Source: Octopus vulgaris (lineage: Eukaryota). Taken from it: a DNA stretch of 64,000 nt. Numbering within the stretch: position 1 is the stretch's first letter; every line of letters begins with the position of its first letter. The notes under the pieces are model-generated. The model searched no databases, was not told the origin of the DNA, and saw nothing but the letters and a program-made list of their open reading frames with translations. The position numbers were made by a program, and so were the translations under genes. Where the stretch lies: assembly GCA_951406725.2 (NCBI GenBank), contig OX597816.1, positions 131,998,001-132,062,000 on the forward strand, written 5' to 3'. Below, one piece after another: positions 37,809 through 49,674 of the stretch.

Positions 37809-37837
37809 TATATATATATACACACACATATATATAT

Positions 37838-37892
<55 letters not shown>

Positions 37893-37968
37893 AATTTAAA
37901 TAATGAGGGTAAAAATTAATATTAATTAAATATCAATTTAAACCAGAGTCGCATATTTAAAAAAATCC

Positions 37969-38078
37969 AAGTGGAACCTCAGTTTACAAACATCTCTCAT
38001 CAGGAACAAGTTGGTTTATGAGCAATTTTTCACATAAAAAAATGCCTCAGGTGATGAGCAGTGTCTCAAGTAATGAAC
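37969..38078 (+). mobile_element. Tigger/pogo-like 5' end fragment
   Basis: AGTGGAACCTCAGTTTACAAAC resembles Tigger TIR starts; no right TIR was found. Confidence 0.4.
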
Positions 38079-38096
38079 ACACACACACACACACAT

Positions 38097-38141
<45 letters not shown>

Positions 38142-38190
38142 CTTATATGATAGACTTAAATACAGTTCCCATCTACTAAATTTCATTCAT

Positions 38191-38316
38191 AAGGCATTGG
38201 TCACCCAAGGCATTGGTCACCAAGATATTGGTCACCCAAGGCATTGATCACCCAACACACTGGTTACCCAACAACATTAGTCACCTAATGGTTACCCAAA
38301 ACATTGATTCACCCAA
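38191..38316. repeat. About 8 copies of a 16-bp minisatellite inside a SINE A remnant
   Basis: Unit AAGGCATTGGTCACCC, degenerating rightwards. Confidence 0.85.
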
Positions 38317-39575
38317 GTCTATAGTAGGAACCTGACTGCAAATTGTACTTCTCAACCACACAACCATACCTGCACTTTCTATGTCTTGATTTGGTCATTT
38401 CACTTTGATATGGAATATACATGCTAGCTTTAATATTTTTATTATTTGGAATAACAATCAAGTGATAACCAGGGTAGGATGCTGAACTTAAAATATCTAC
38501 TTTCATCCTTCCACATGTAGGGTTCAAATACTGGTAAGGTCCCATTTCTCCTGTGTCAATAAAATATATAAACCATCAGGGGCAGATTCAATTGACATTA
38601 CAGATTCTATAGCAGTACTTTATATCCGCTTCTCCTAACTGGCATGGAAAGCCATAGAAAACACTTGCCCTTGGTCTTGAGCACTAGGAATGAACTTAGA
38701 ACCATGTGGTCGTAAAGCAAACTTAATTCTACATTTTGTTAGGTACCCTTCCTGACACCAGCTTGCTTAGTTGCCTCTTACAATATGCAAGGATATAGCA
38801 TTCCTCATCTAAAAACTGCACACTGTATTCCTGCACATCATGTCATAAGAAGCAGCAAAAAAGGTTGCCCCACCCCCCGCCCAAGAAGGGCATACTTTCA
38901 TGACAGTATAAGAAATCAGCATTTCTACTATTTTTGTAAGAATGAAACTTACAAAAAAATAGTTGTTGGTGCTATCAAGTTAAATTTATCTTGAGCCACT
39001 TGTAGTTAAGCCTTAAGTGAAGTGGTTAATTTAGTAGAATATGGTTATTTATTTTTGCAGATGTTTTCTTTTTTTTTTTGTGGGGTGGGGTATATCTAGG
39101 TCACTTATTAAGTAGTAGTTTTAGAGGATTTCTTTCTATTTTCATCATTGTTTCAAATGTTAATATGGTAACAAGAAATCTACAAAACACTTCTTCACTT
39201 TTTTTATTTCTGAATTCTTACTTTCACCACGACCAGTCCTCAAAGGCTTCTCAATGAATTTCCATATGCTTTCATGCTTTTGTTACAATTAATATCAATG
39301 CCTTAAAGACACTACACTAAAGGTCAATGCCATAGCATTACTGATGAAAGACCCTCACACCAACACCATCTCCTATTTCAAGAATTAGCGATTTGTTTGT
39401 TTGCTTTTTTCTTTCATCAATGTTTAAAAATGATTCATTGTTTAACACTGCTTCAACTTGTGTCTGAAAAGAAGCATTTGAAATAAATGTCTCTGGCTAA
39501 GGACAAGCTGCAATACCATGATAACAAATAGTGATGATGCTGAAGGCAACTTATGGATGACTTTTTATATATAAA

Positions 39576-39814
39576 CCCTTTTACTACTGGAATCAGATAT
39601 GTCCACTCAAAATTTCCTTACCCTTAACTGTGGTAAACAGTTTTATATACTAATCTATTTTTTGTAGAGGAATGTGGTGTTTGAAACTATTTTTGTTGAG
39701 ACAAGTCAAATTTACTGAAGCAATGTGACTTACAGAAAATACCACTTCTATCTTCTCATAGATATTTACATCATTACTATAATAACCATGAAATTTAATT
39801 CAGCAGTGAAAGGG
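39576..39814. mobile_element. piggyBac-like MITE
   Basis: TIRs CCCTTTTACTACTG / CAGCAGTGAAAGGG; decayed TTAA flanks (TAAA / ATAA). Confidence 0.6.
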
Positions 39815-39879
39815 ATAATATACATTTTAAAACCAAGTTCTAATTCTAAGTCTTGTAAACGTCACTTGATATCTAGTAT

Positions 39880-40090
39880 AGGTTTCAAATTTTGACACAA
39901 GGTCAGCAATTTCAGGGGAGGGCAGTTGATTTCATTGACCCCAGTATTCAGCTGGTACTTATTTTATCAACCCTGAAAGGATGAGAGGCAAAGTTGACCT
40001 TCGTGGAAATTGAACTCAGCATGTAAAGACAGACAAAATGCCACTATGCATTTTTCCCAGTGTACTAACAATTCTGCCAGCATGCTACCT
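39880..40090 (-). mobile_element. SINE family C
   Basis: Reverse-complement match; TCTA(G/A)TATA flanking repeat. Confidence 0.82.
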
Positions 40091-40984
40091 TACTCTAATA
40101 TATATCATGCTAACTGATGTTTTCCTTTACTGTAAACTTGGATTTGGTTAATATTTTCCAAGTAAGCAGAATGTGATGAGTAATACCTTGTGTCTAACCT
40201 AAAGGCATGGCAGTACCTGATGCAAGATGGTTGAATTTTCCAATATAAATAAAGATTTCTGAGGAAATCATCTCTTTTTAATCTAACCATTCAAAGATAA
40301 GAAATTATTCTAGTGATAATGTGCCAAGAATGTTGTATATCTTATATATCTTATTCATTTTATTTTATTTTTCTACTGTTATAATAACTTATATTGCTGA
40401 TATTTATTTTTATGATATCAGATTTTTTTTATTGTTAAATGGATGAAGATGAAATCTTATTCTAGTTTCAAACAGATTAATGTACTAGATGTACTGTACC
40501 TATTTTACAGCCTTCGAAACTACCAGTAGAACTAAGTACTTTGTTCAAGAACACACACCTCTTTATGGATGATATTTATATATTTATGGTTGATATTAAC
40601 ATTTCATGTGTACTATATTACATGTATTCTACTCTTCATGTCACTAGCAATGGAGCAAAACAAGAGCTTCAACAAAATTGCTAAACTTGCAAGAAATAGC
40701 AGCCAAATATTTCTCTAATCATCCTTTTGTCTTTAAAAAGTGCCAAAGACATTGAATATACTGGATAATGTAGTCCTAGATACATTATGTCTGAATAATA
40801 GACTAAATGGCCATGCCTAGCCTGAAATTAAACAATACTTACAACTAACACTCAAGTTATTTCAATCACTGTAAAATGTTAAATTTCATAAGAATAAAGT
40901 AATGGCCAGTAAACCCTTTTTTAACAAATTACTGCATATACATATGGGTCCTTGTAGCCCATAGAGGAAAGAGATTATTATTAT

Positions 40985-41400
40985 TTTAGTTTGGCTCGGG
41001 TTTGGTCTTATTCTTGGTAGGAATTATGTGAATAGCAGGCTACTACCTGTAACTTTAGGTATCCACAAGTTTTCAACAGTCTTTCAAGTGGTTAGGACCT
41101 GCTTGATAATCCTTGCAGTCCCTAGGAGACAAATGTTCTGTAGGAGCTCTACCGGCATTCTATTTCAATCTCCTTCAACCATTTGTCTATATCTTTCCTT
41201 TCTGTTCCCAACGCACTAATTATTATAGGTACGACCTTTACTGTTTGCATGCTCCAAATTCTTCCTATTTCAAATTTTAACAGCATTTTTTTTGTTTTTC
41301 TTCCTCTTTCTTTAGGATCTTGGAATCAAATGAGCATGATGAGTCAATAAGTAAGTGAAGTCACTTTTCCATAATTATAATCATTATGTCTGGTCTTATA
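40985..41400 (-). mobile_element. R4/Dong-type RLE 3' fragment between (TAA)n tracts
   Basis: Minus-strand remnants RPDI..I, V.V..II.ALGT and Q.ICLLGTARII. Confidence 0.65.
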
Positions 41401-41436
41401 ATTATTATTATTATATTATTATTATTATTATTATTA

Positions 41437-42264
41437 TTGAGTGAGAGAGCAGTTCATGCCATCAAAGTGACACTGGGGTAAAATATACGAAGCCCAATAT
41501 ACCCATCATGACTACCCGTCTGATAAGGGTACACCAGGCACATGCATCATAACCATATGTGCGTGACATGGTGATCTCATATCAAGATAAACAGCACATG
41601 ACCTTGTAGGTGGGGCCCAGTTAGAATTTTCTGTGTCCGTTGCCAGCCTCGCCTGGCCCTCGTGCCGGTGGCACATAAAAAGCACCATCCGTTCGTGGCC
41701 GTTTGCCAGCTCTGTCTGGCACCTGTGCGGGTGGCACATAAAAAGCACCCACTACACTCACAGAGTGGTTGGCGTTAGGAAGGGCATCCAGCCGTAGAAA
41801 CACTGCCAGATTTGACTGGGCCTGATGAAGCCTTCTGGCTTCACAGACCCCAGTAGAACTGTCCAACCCATGCTAGCATGGAAAACGGACGCTAAACAAC
41901 GATGATGATGATGATGATGATGAGTAGCCCATCCCGCTCAAAAGGTCCCTGAATAAGGGTTGTTTAAGGATGTTGAAAGAACCACCCATGTTTCCAAAGG
42001 TGAATTATTCAAACTCCAAATAATCCCTCTCAACACATGGCTATGATGCTCCCCCACTACTTCTGCTCGTGATCAGAGGTGCACATATCATCAACCACTA
42101 AGGGACATGCTCAACTGGTTAAGGTCAAACAACTGACAAGCAAATCTGTGGTATTGAGCAGAATATTTGCTGTAGCCCATCTTTTATACCAAGACAAAAC
42201 AATGTACATGATAACACTTCCAATCAGTTAAGATCAGAAGCCATGAGAGCCACTGCCTGGTACT
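41437..42264. mobile_element. ~560-bp non-coding element, copy 1, with an RTE 3'-UTR insert at 41633-41921
   Basis: Nearly identical to 42287-42843 apart from the insert; flanked by (TTA)n. Confidence 0.88.
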
Positions 42265-42286
42265 ATTATTATTATTATTGTTATTA

Positions 42287-42841
42287 TTGAGTGAGAGAGC
42301 AGTTCATGCCATCAAAGTGACACTGGGGTAAAATATACGAAGCCCAATATACCCATCATGACTACCCGTCTGATAAGGGCACACCAGGCACATGCATCAC
42401 AACCATATGTGCGCGACATGGTGATCTCATATCAAGATAAACTGCACATGACCTTGCAAGTGGGGCCCAGTTAGAATTTTCTTCAGGTTGAGTAGCCCAT
42501 CCCGCTCAAATGGTCCCTGAATAAGGGTTGTTTAAGGATGTTGAAAAAACCACCCCAATCTCCCGAGGTGAATTATTCAAACCCCAAAAAATCCCTCTCA
42601 ACACATGGCTATGATGCTCCCCCACTACTTCTGCTCATGATCAGAGATGCACATATCGTCAGCCACTAAGGGACATGCTCAACTGGTTAAGGTCAAACAA
42701 CTGACAAGCAAATCTGTGGTATTGAGCAGAATATTTGCTGTAGCCCATCTTTTATACCAAGACAGAACAATGTACATGATAACACTTCCAATCAGTTAAG
42801 ATCAGAAGCCATGAGAGCCATGTCTGGTACTGCATCAGGGC

Positions 42842-42843
<2 letters not shown>
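42287..42843. mobile_element. ~560-bp non-coding element, copy 2
   Basis: TTGAGTGAGAGAGC...GCATCAGGGCAT, flanked by (TTA)n on both sides. Confidence 0.88.
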
Positions 42844-42890
<47 letters not shown>

Positions 42891-42893
42891 TCT

Positions 42894-44432
42894 ATTCAGT
42901 AGTCTTATTTTTATCACGTGCTTTCATAGCACTACTGAGCACAGCTCTGTGTGCCTTGGGTATGTGCTGTGGTTTGTTGTGGTGCTCCTGTTTTCACTGT
43001 ATTGAAAGTGTTTTACATAGGATGTGTGCGGTGCCTAGTAGTGTCATTTTCTGTATGTTATATATACTTGTAAGTACTAGTGCTTTTGTTGTGTATTTGT
43101 CTGAATGTTTTTTTTATCATAGCTAATTCTCCTACTATAAGAGGAATTGTTTCTGCTTTTAGGCTCCACATTCGAGTTACCTCAATTTCCAGATCATTGT
43201 ATTTTGAAAGTTTCTCCGTTACTTTTAGAGAAACGTTGTCATCTGTTGGTACTGATACGTTGATTAGAAAGTTTTTTTTCTTGGTGATCTCTGACAGCTA
43301 TATACAGCTTATTGACCTTAATTTCTTTATCTGTGTGTATTGGTATATCCCAGAGTATGGTTGCTTTCTCATTTTCTGTGACCTTTTCTGAGGTGTACCT
43401 ATACCATCTTTTTTCTGTTGTTATTCCACAGTGTTGGCTTAGCTTCCAGTGTATATGGGTCCCAACTCTGTCATGTTGTGAATATATTCCTTCTTAGCCA
43501 GGACTGGGCAGCCAGAGACTGTATGATTTATTGTTTCTTTTCCATCACCACATATTTTTGGTGATTTTCCAGTGGGAAGGCTTTGATCTTGTGCTGCAAT
43601 TAAAAATCCTTCAGTCTCTGCCTTGAGTCCTGAGCTTCTTGGCCATTGTTGGGGTTTTGCTTTGTCGATTTCTTTTCTGTTTAGCATAACCCAAAATTTT
43701 CTACATAGAGGCTTTTCTTGCCATTGATCCGTTGCTGTTCCAGTTTTAGTTTGGATTTCAGTTGTTTTACAGCTTTTGTTGTTTCTTCTTTTTCTTCATA
43801 GTTGTTAGGTACTATGACTTCTTTTTTGTATTTGTCAGCTTCCTTAAAAACAGAAAACAATTTTTCATTTTGCTCATGTTTTGCGGCTGTTTGTATCAGT
43901 TTTCCTTGCTTCTGAAGCAGGTATTTCTGTAGTCATATGGTGGTTAGTTTGTTATAGTTTTATAGCTGTATCAGACTGCTACTGCTTCGATATGTTGTAT
44001 ATATAATCTCTCTATGTCAGATTTTGAGTGTTGCATCCTAAATCCTGTCATTATTTTTCTTGTTTACCTGCCTATTTTGATTAGCTCATTTAGAGTCCAG
44101 TTAAAAATATTGTAGCTGTAACTTATAACTGGGACAGCTTGAGTGTTGATACCTATTATCTTGTTTTTTGCATTGAGCTCTGTTTTCAGTATTAATCTAA
44201 CTCATCTATAGTGTTCTTTTCTTATCTTTTTTTTTCATTTGTGTATGCTGTATCATATCTAATCCATTGATTCGTAAGTATTTGTATGTCTGGCTTTGGT
44301 CAAATTCTCTTATTTCATTTGCTTTATCTAATGTAATGTTGTTACTCTTAACTAGTTTTCCTCTTTTCAAAGTTGCTTTGGCAAATTTTTCTAAGCCAAA
44401 TTACATGTTGATTTCTTTGGTAAATCTATGTA
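42894..44432 (-). mobile_element. R4/Dong-type retrotransposon 3' 1.5 kb (family 1)
   Basis: SSGLKAETEGFLIAAQDQSLPT...ICG...ETINH.VSGCPVLAKKEY (zinc-knuckle region), RLE remnants, 3' UTR ending in (TAA)n. Confidence 0.88.
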
Positions 44433-44445
44433 CTTATTATTATTA

Positions 44446-44668
44446 TTCAGTAGTTTTATTTTTATAGCGTGCTTTCACTTCACTACCGAGCGCAGCTCTG
44501 TGTGCCTTGGGTATGTGCTGTGATTTGTTGTGATGCTCTGATGGTTATTGTATGGAAAGTGTTCTGCGTAGGATGTGTGCAGTGCCTAGTAGTGCAATTT
44601 TCTGAATGTTATATGTGTTTGTAAATCCTGGTGTTTTTGTTATGTATTTGTCTGAATATTTTTTTTTA

Positions 44669-44741
<73 letters not shown>

Positions 44742-45063
44742 TTCAGTAGTTTTATTTTTATAACATGCTTTCACTTCACTACCGAGTGCAGTCCTGTGTG
44801 CCTTGGGTATATGCTGTGGTTTGTTGTGATGCTCTTATGGTTACTGTATTGAAAGTGTTTTGGGTAGGATGTGTACAGTTCCCAGTAGTGCAATTTTCTG
44901 CATCTTATATATATTTGTAAGTCCTGGTGTTTTTGTTATGTATTTGTCTGAATATTTTTTTATCATACCTAATGCACCCACTATGATATGAACTGTTTCT
45001 GTTTTTAGATTCCACAGTCGAATTACCTCTATTTCCAGGTCTTTGTAGTTTGAAAGTTTCTCT
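44446..45063 (-). mobile_element. Two further short family 1 Dong-type 3' ends (44446-44668, 44742-45063)
   Basis: Same 3' UTR TTCAGTAGTTTTATTTTTATA...; ORF YKDLEIEV.RLW.LK...IVGALG...QKIALLGT; separated by (TAA)n/(TAG)n. Confidence 0.88.
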
Positions 45064-45216
45064 ATTATTATCATCATCATCATCATCACCATCATTATTA
45101 TCATTGTTATTATTTTTAAAAAGTTTGATGCAACTTGACAAAGACAGACTTACTGTTGAAATATTATTCAACCAATAAAATATCTATTACAATCAAATAG
45201 TGCTCTTCGTCTTGAC

Positions 45217-45373
<157 letters not shown>

Positions 45374-45375
45374 AA

Positions 45376-45590
45376 AGCAGCAAGCTGGCAGAATCATTAG
45401 CCTGTTGGACAAATTGATTAGTGGCATTTCATTTGTCTTTACATTCTGAGTTCAAATTCTAACAAAGTTGATTTTACTTTTCATTCTATTGGAGTTAAAA
45501 TAAGTACTAGCTGAACACTGGGGTTGATGTAATTAACTAGCCCTCTCCCCAAAAAATTTCAGACCTTGTACCTATTGTAGAAATTATCAC
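45376..45590 (+). mobile_element. SINE family C
   Basis: GCAGCAAGCTGGCAGAATCATTAGC... Confidence 0.8.
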
Positions 45591-45599
45591 TATTATTAT

Positions 45600-47100
45600 T
45601 TTCCCCTTATCACAGGTTTTGTTGGAGCTCCTGGGGTCTTGCATACAGAGCAGGCTTACTACCTGCAGCCTATTGTACCATGCTATTCATTCTTTTCAGC
45701 TATCTAATAATTTCCTGATTATTCTGACCAAGAAGACAAACCTTTTGTAACAGTTCTACTAGGCACTCTATTCCAATTTCCTTTATATTCCTCTTGATGC
45801 CCTCTGATACTGTTCCCAACAATAATTGGCACTATCTTCACCTTCTTCATTTTCCTTAATCAGACTATTTAAGAGGGTTGTATCTATCTATCTTTTTGCC
45901 TTCCTTCTTGACTATTCATGGGTCAAGGGGGCATGCAATGTCAACTATATATCATATGTGGTGTACTTTGTCTATCACCACTAGGTCTGTTATGCTCTAA
46001 CACCTGATCTATTTGGATTGGGAAATCTCAGAGGATTTTGCTAGTCTCTGACTCTGTTACTCTCTGCAGTTTGTGCTCATACCATGTCTTGCCTCTCTCA
46101 AGCCCCCACTTTTCGCACAGTTTCCAATGTAGCACATTCTCTACCTGGTCATATCACCACAACTTGTAGTTATTTTGGGCAAGTCTAGGGCATTCGTTCA
46201 TGATATGAGCAATGGTTTCATTCACTCAATTGCAGATGTGGCACAGCAGAGACACTTGCTCATTCCTCAGGTTGATCCTCCAGTTTGTGGCCAAAGCTTG
46301 GTCCTGCACTGCCAGTATAGTGCTCTCCATCTCTTTTTTTTAGGGTTCCTTTCATCAGCCAATCCCATCTATTATTTCCAGCAACTTCTGTTGTGGTTAC
46401 ATGGAATTGATTGTGTAGTCCCTTCTTGTGTAATTCTTCTTCATGTCCTTTTTGTACTTCTTCCTTTGTTTTTCTTTTTCCTCTTCTCTCAATACTCCCT
46501 CATTCCTAATTGTCACTGGCAAGGTTTCCTTACTTTAGGCTAGGTATCTCATTAAGCTCTTGAGTTCGATACACATGCAGTCTTCCACACTTATCAGTCT
46601 CCTTCCTCCATTTGCTCTCTTCAGGTATAGGCGATCAGTGTCTGCATGTGGATGATGGGCTCCATGCATCATTAAGAGCTTTCTAGACTTCCTGTTCATC
46701 TCCTTTAGCTCCTCCTCTGTCCACTTCAGGATTCCAACACTATACCAAAATACTGCAACTGTGTGCAAGTTTATTGCCAAAATTATACCTCTGGCATTCA
46801 GCTTTGAAGCCAATATTTTTCTCACTCACCACAGGTGCTCTCTTTTTGTCTTTTCTTTCATGTCGTGGTGTTTGATTCTATCTGCCTCATGTTATCTTAA
46901 GTCTCCTCAAATCTCCAGAATTTTTCTTAGGATTTTTGCGGAATATAGAACAGTACTTTTCTGCAGGTTGACAATATTTGTTTCAATTCCAGTTTCTTTC
47001 AGTCTTTCAGGTAATATTTTGGTGTTGTGCCAAGTGCACCAATTGCCATGGGGAATAATTGTTGTCTTAGTTTTCCATAGTCTCCTCAACTCTTTGATGA
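45600..47100 (-). mobile_element. R4/Dong-type fragments (two further families)
   Basis: ORF 46535-46825 KLN...AIN...W...EL..MNRKSRKLL.MHGAHHP.AD.DRLYLKR..GGR.L; ORF 46907-47089 LQKS.VL.SAKILRK. Confidence 0.85.
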
Positions 47101-47229
47101 GATCAAGGGTTGATAAAAAGAACTACCAGTCAAGTACTGGGGTTGTGTAATCAACTATACCCTTCCCATAAAATTTCTGGCCTTTTACCAAAATTTGAGA
47201 CCATCATCATAATCATTATTATTATTACT

Positions 47230-47480
47230 AGCAGACTGGCCATCCTCTGGGCAGTGTTTTGCTAGTTGCATAATATTTAGATATTTAATTCTCAATTTGT
47301 GTAGTTTTTCTGTGTTTGTTATGTCTAATTTTCTTTTCTGTCTTTTCTTCATCTTACAGTAAATTTGGGGCAAAACTACAGAATTGTGCCCCACCAAATT
47401 TATTTCTTTGTAACTTTCTGAAAAATTGCTGTAATCCTTTTGTCAGGACTGTTATAACACCCAATCCCATATAGCTGTAT
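47230..47480 (-). mobile_element. Possible Penelope-like 3' remnant
   Basis: Lys-rich remnant ending ...KYLN followed by CCAGAGGATGGCC, resembling the start of a decayed hammerhead; weak. Confidence 0.25.
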
Positions 47481-48690
47481 AGTTAGTTAGACCAGTAAAG
47501 ACACAACTATCTATGACCATCTACTTTGTACTCTCTCTTCTTACTGACATTGACTGACAATATTTATAACTACTAGCACATACCAATCGTCACATGGGAG
47601 GAGTGTACCATTATTACTATTATCCCCATAACAAAAATGGATATCTATTAATGAAAGTTTCTACAAATACATTTAGGATGATGTAGATTAGGAGTATGGT
47701 AGTTGTTTTCAGCCAACCAGAACTCATTGTTCACATGATAAGTTCCAGAATGCTCTTTCAGTAACAGCCTTATAAACAGCCGTTTTTAACATGATAAGCA
47801 GAAGGAATTGGGATCCCATTTCATTATGGTCCCCAATTCCTCTTTCAAAGCTGTTTTCAGTTTCATACTCAAACCAGTGCAATTTTCCCAATAGCTCTAT
47901 ACCAACTTGGAGATCAATGAAGAAATCAATGCAGCCAAACGTTTTTGCAATAATGTAAAAGATCAGCTTAATCATTAATTGTTTGTAAAGACCTTCAGCA
48001 CCTGTAAAATACAATGTTAATTTAAGATTGACTCTGTCTGTATTTCATGAAGCATTGTAAAAAAAATGTAGCAATAAATGTATATAAACTGACACCAAGT
48101 CTTTGTCATAACAATTCTTCATTAGTATACTGGAATTTGTAGGGAAAACTTTTTCAGAGGATGTGGGAAGTTTTGGATAATTTATATGTCTCAATTTTGT
48201 TTCCTCATAGCTTCCGGAATGATGTATATTTTTTAATGAAATTGTCTACAAATAACTTTCTGATGGTGTAGATTACAAATATATCAGAATTTAAAGTGAT
48301 GAAAAATATTGGGGAAGGGGCAGATATTTCATCCATCTCAACTTTGTTTCTTCATGTCTTGATGATTTAATGTTGAGAAGGACCAAAAACTTTTGAGACC
48401 CATATGATCCCTGCTATTTCTAACATACTAAACAACCACAGAGAAGATGGATTACCTTTAAGCTTGTTTAAAAGAGAGAAATTAAGATAAAATAATGGAA
48501 GAAATGTGTATTCAATTATTAGTGCTAGCAATGTAATCGTCTTTCTACAAAGATTTCTTTCAGAGAATTTTCAAGAAAGGGTGAAATAGTCCTCAAAAGT
48601 AATATCTTTTTCAACAAAATAGTAATTGAATCATCAAAATGCATTAGCAAACAATTTTTATCCCATTAAATTCCAATATCATCATAATTT

Positions 48691-48848
48691 ATACTATCTG
48701 AAAGGTATCTATAGGAAATTTCATTAAAAAATATATCCATTTTCCAGATGGTTATGGAAAAAAAAATTGTTGGTAGTAGATGGGGTACTCTTTTGTAGTT
48801 ATGCCCAATTGACATAAGCTAATTAAAAACACTTTTCTTATACCATCT

Positions 48849-48888
<40 letters not shown>

Positions 48889-49018
48889 AAATTTGATTAA
48901 AAAATATTCATTTTTCAGCTGGTTATGAGAACAGAAAATCACTAGAGGAGGTGGTGAGGGCACCCTTCTGTAGTTATGCCCAATTGACATAAGTTAATTA
49001 AAAAACACTTTTCTTATT
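48691..49018. repeat. Tandem duplication, ~150-bp unit, two copies
   Basis: ATCTGAAAGGTAT...TGTAGTTATGCCCAATTGACATAAG...CACTTTTCTTAT occurs twice. Confidence 0.9.
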
Positions 49019-49417
49019 CAGCTTCCTATTTCTTCAACAACAACCAACAAATATGAAAGGATATTGAAATCAACATAATTTTACCCAAGCTAAATTAGAC
49101 TTATAATTTTTAGAAAGTAGTGTTGTAAATATCTGGGTAACCTTTATATTTTCCAGAAGTATAAACAAACATTAAAAAATGCTAAGAGTTGCATTGAATA
49201 AAAACTTATGATTGAAGTGCATAGTGGAAATATTCAATAATAAAAGAAACTTGAAATCTGTATTTCGATAAAACAAAAAAAAGAAAATATACTAAAACTG
49301 GAATTTATAAAAATTTTCCAAACAGTCTAGATTTTAATAATTGCTTTCCTTTAATAAAAGTTTCATAATCCAAACTAATTAGAAAGCAACTTTCTTTATT
49401 ATAATATAGATTTTTAT

Positions 49418-49460
<43 letters not shown>

Positions 49461-49469
49461 ATCACAACA

Positions 49470-49670
49470 GAGCAGTAAGCTGGCAGAATTATCAGGATGT
49501 TAGAAAAAATTCCTTGCATTAGTGGTCCTGGTTTTCTATTTTGGGTTCTAATTCTGCCAAGGTCATCTTTGACTTTCATTCTTCTAGGGCTGATAAAATA
49601 AAGTACCTGGGGATGACAGTATTGACTAACTGCCCTGCCAAATTGCTGACTTTATGCCTAAATGAAAAAC
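49470..49670 (+). mobile_element. Degenerate SINE family C
   Basis: GCAGTAAGCTGGCAGAATT...GATAAAATAAAGTACC. Confidence 0.65.
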
Positions 49671-49674
49671 TACT

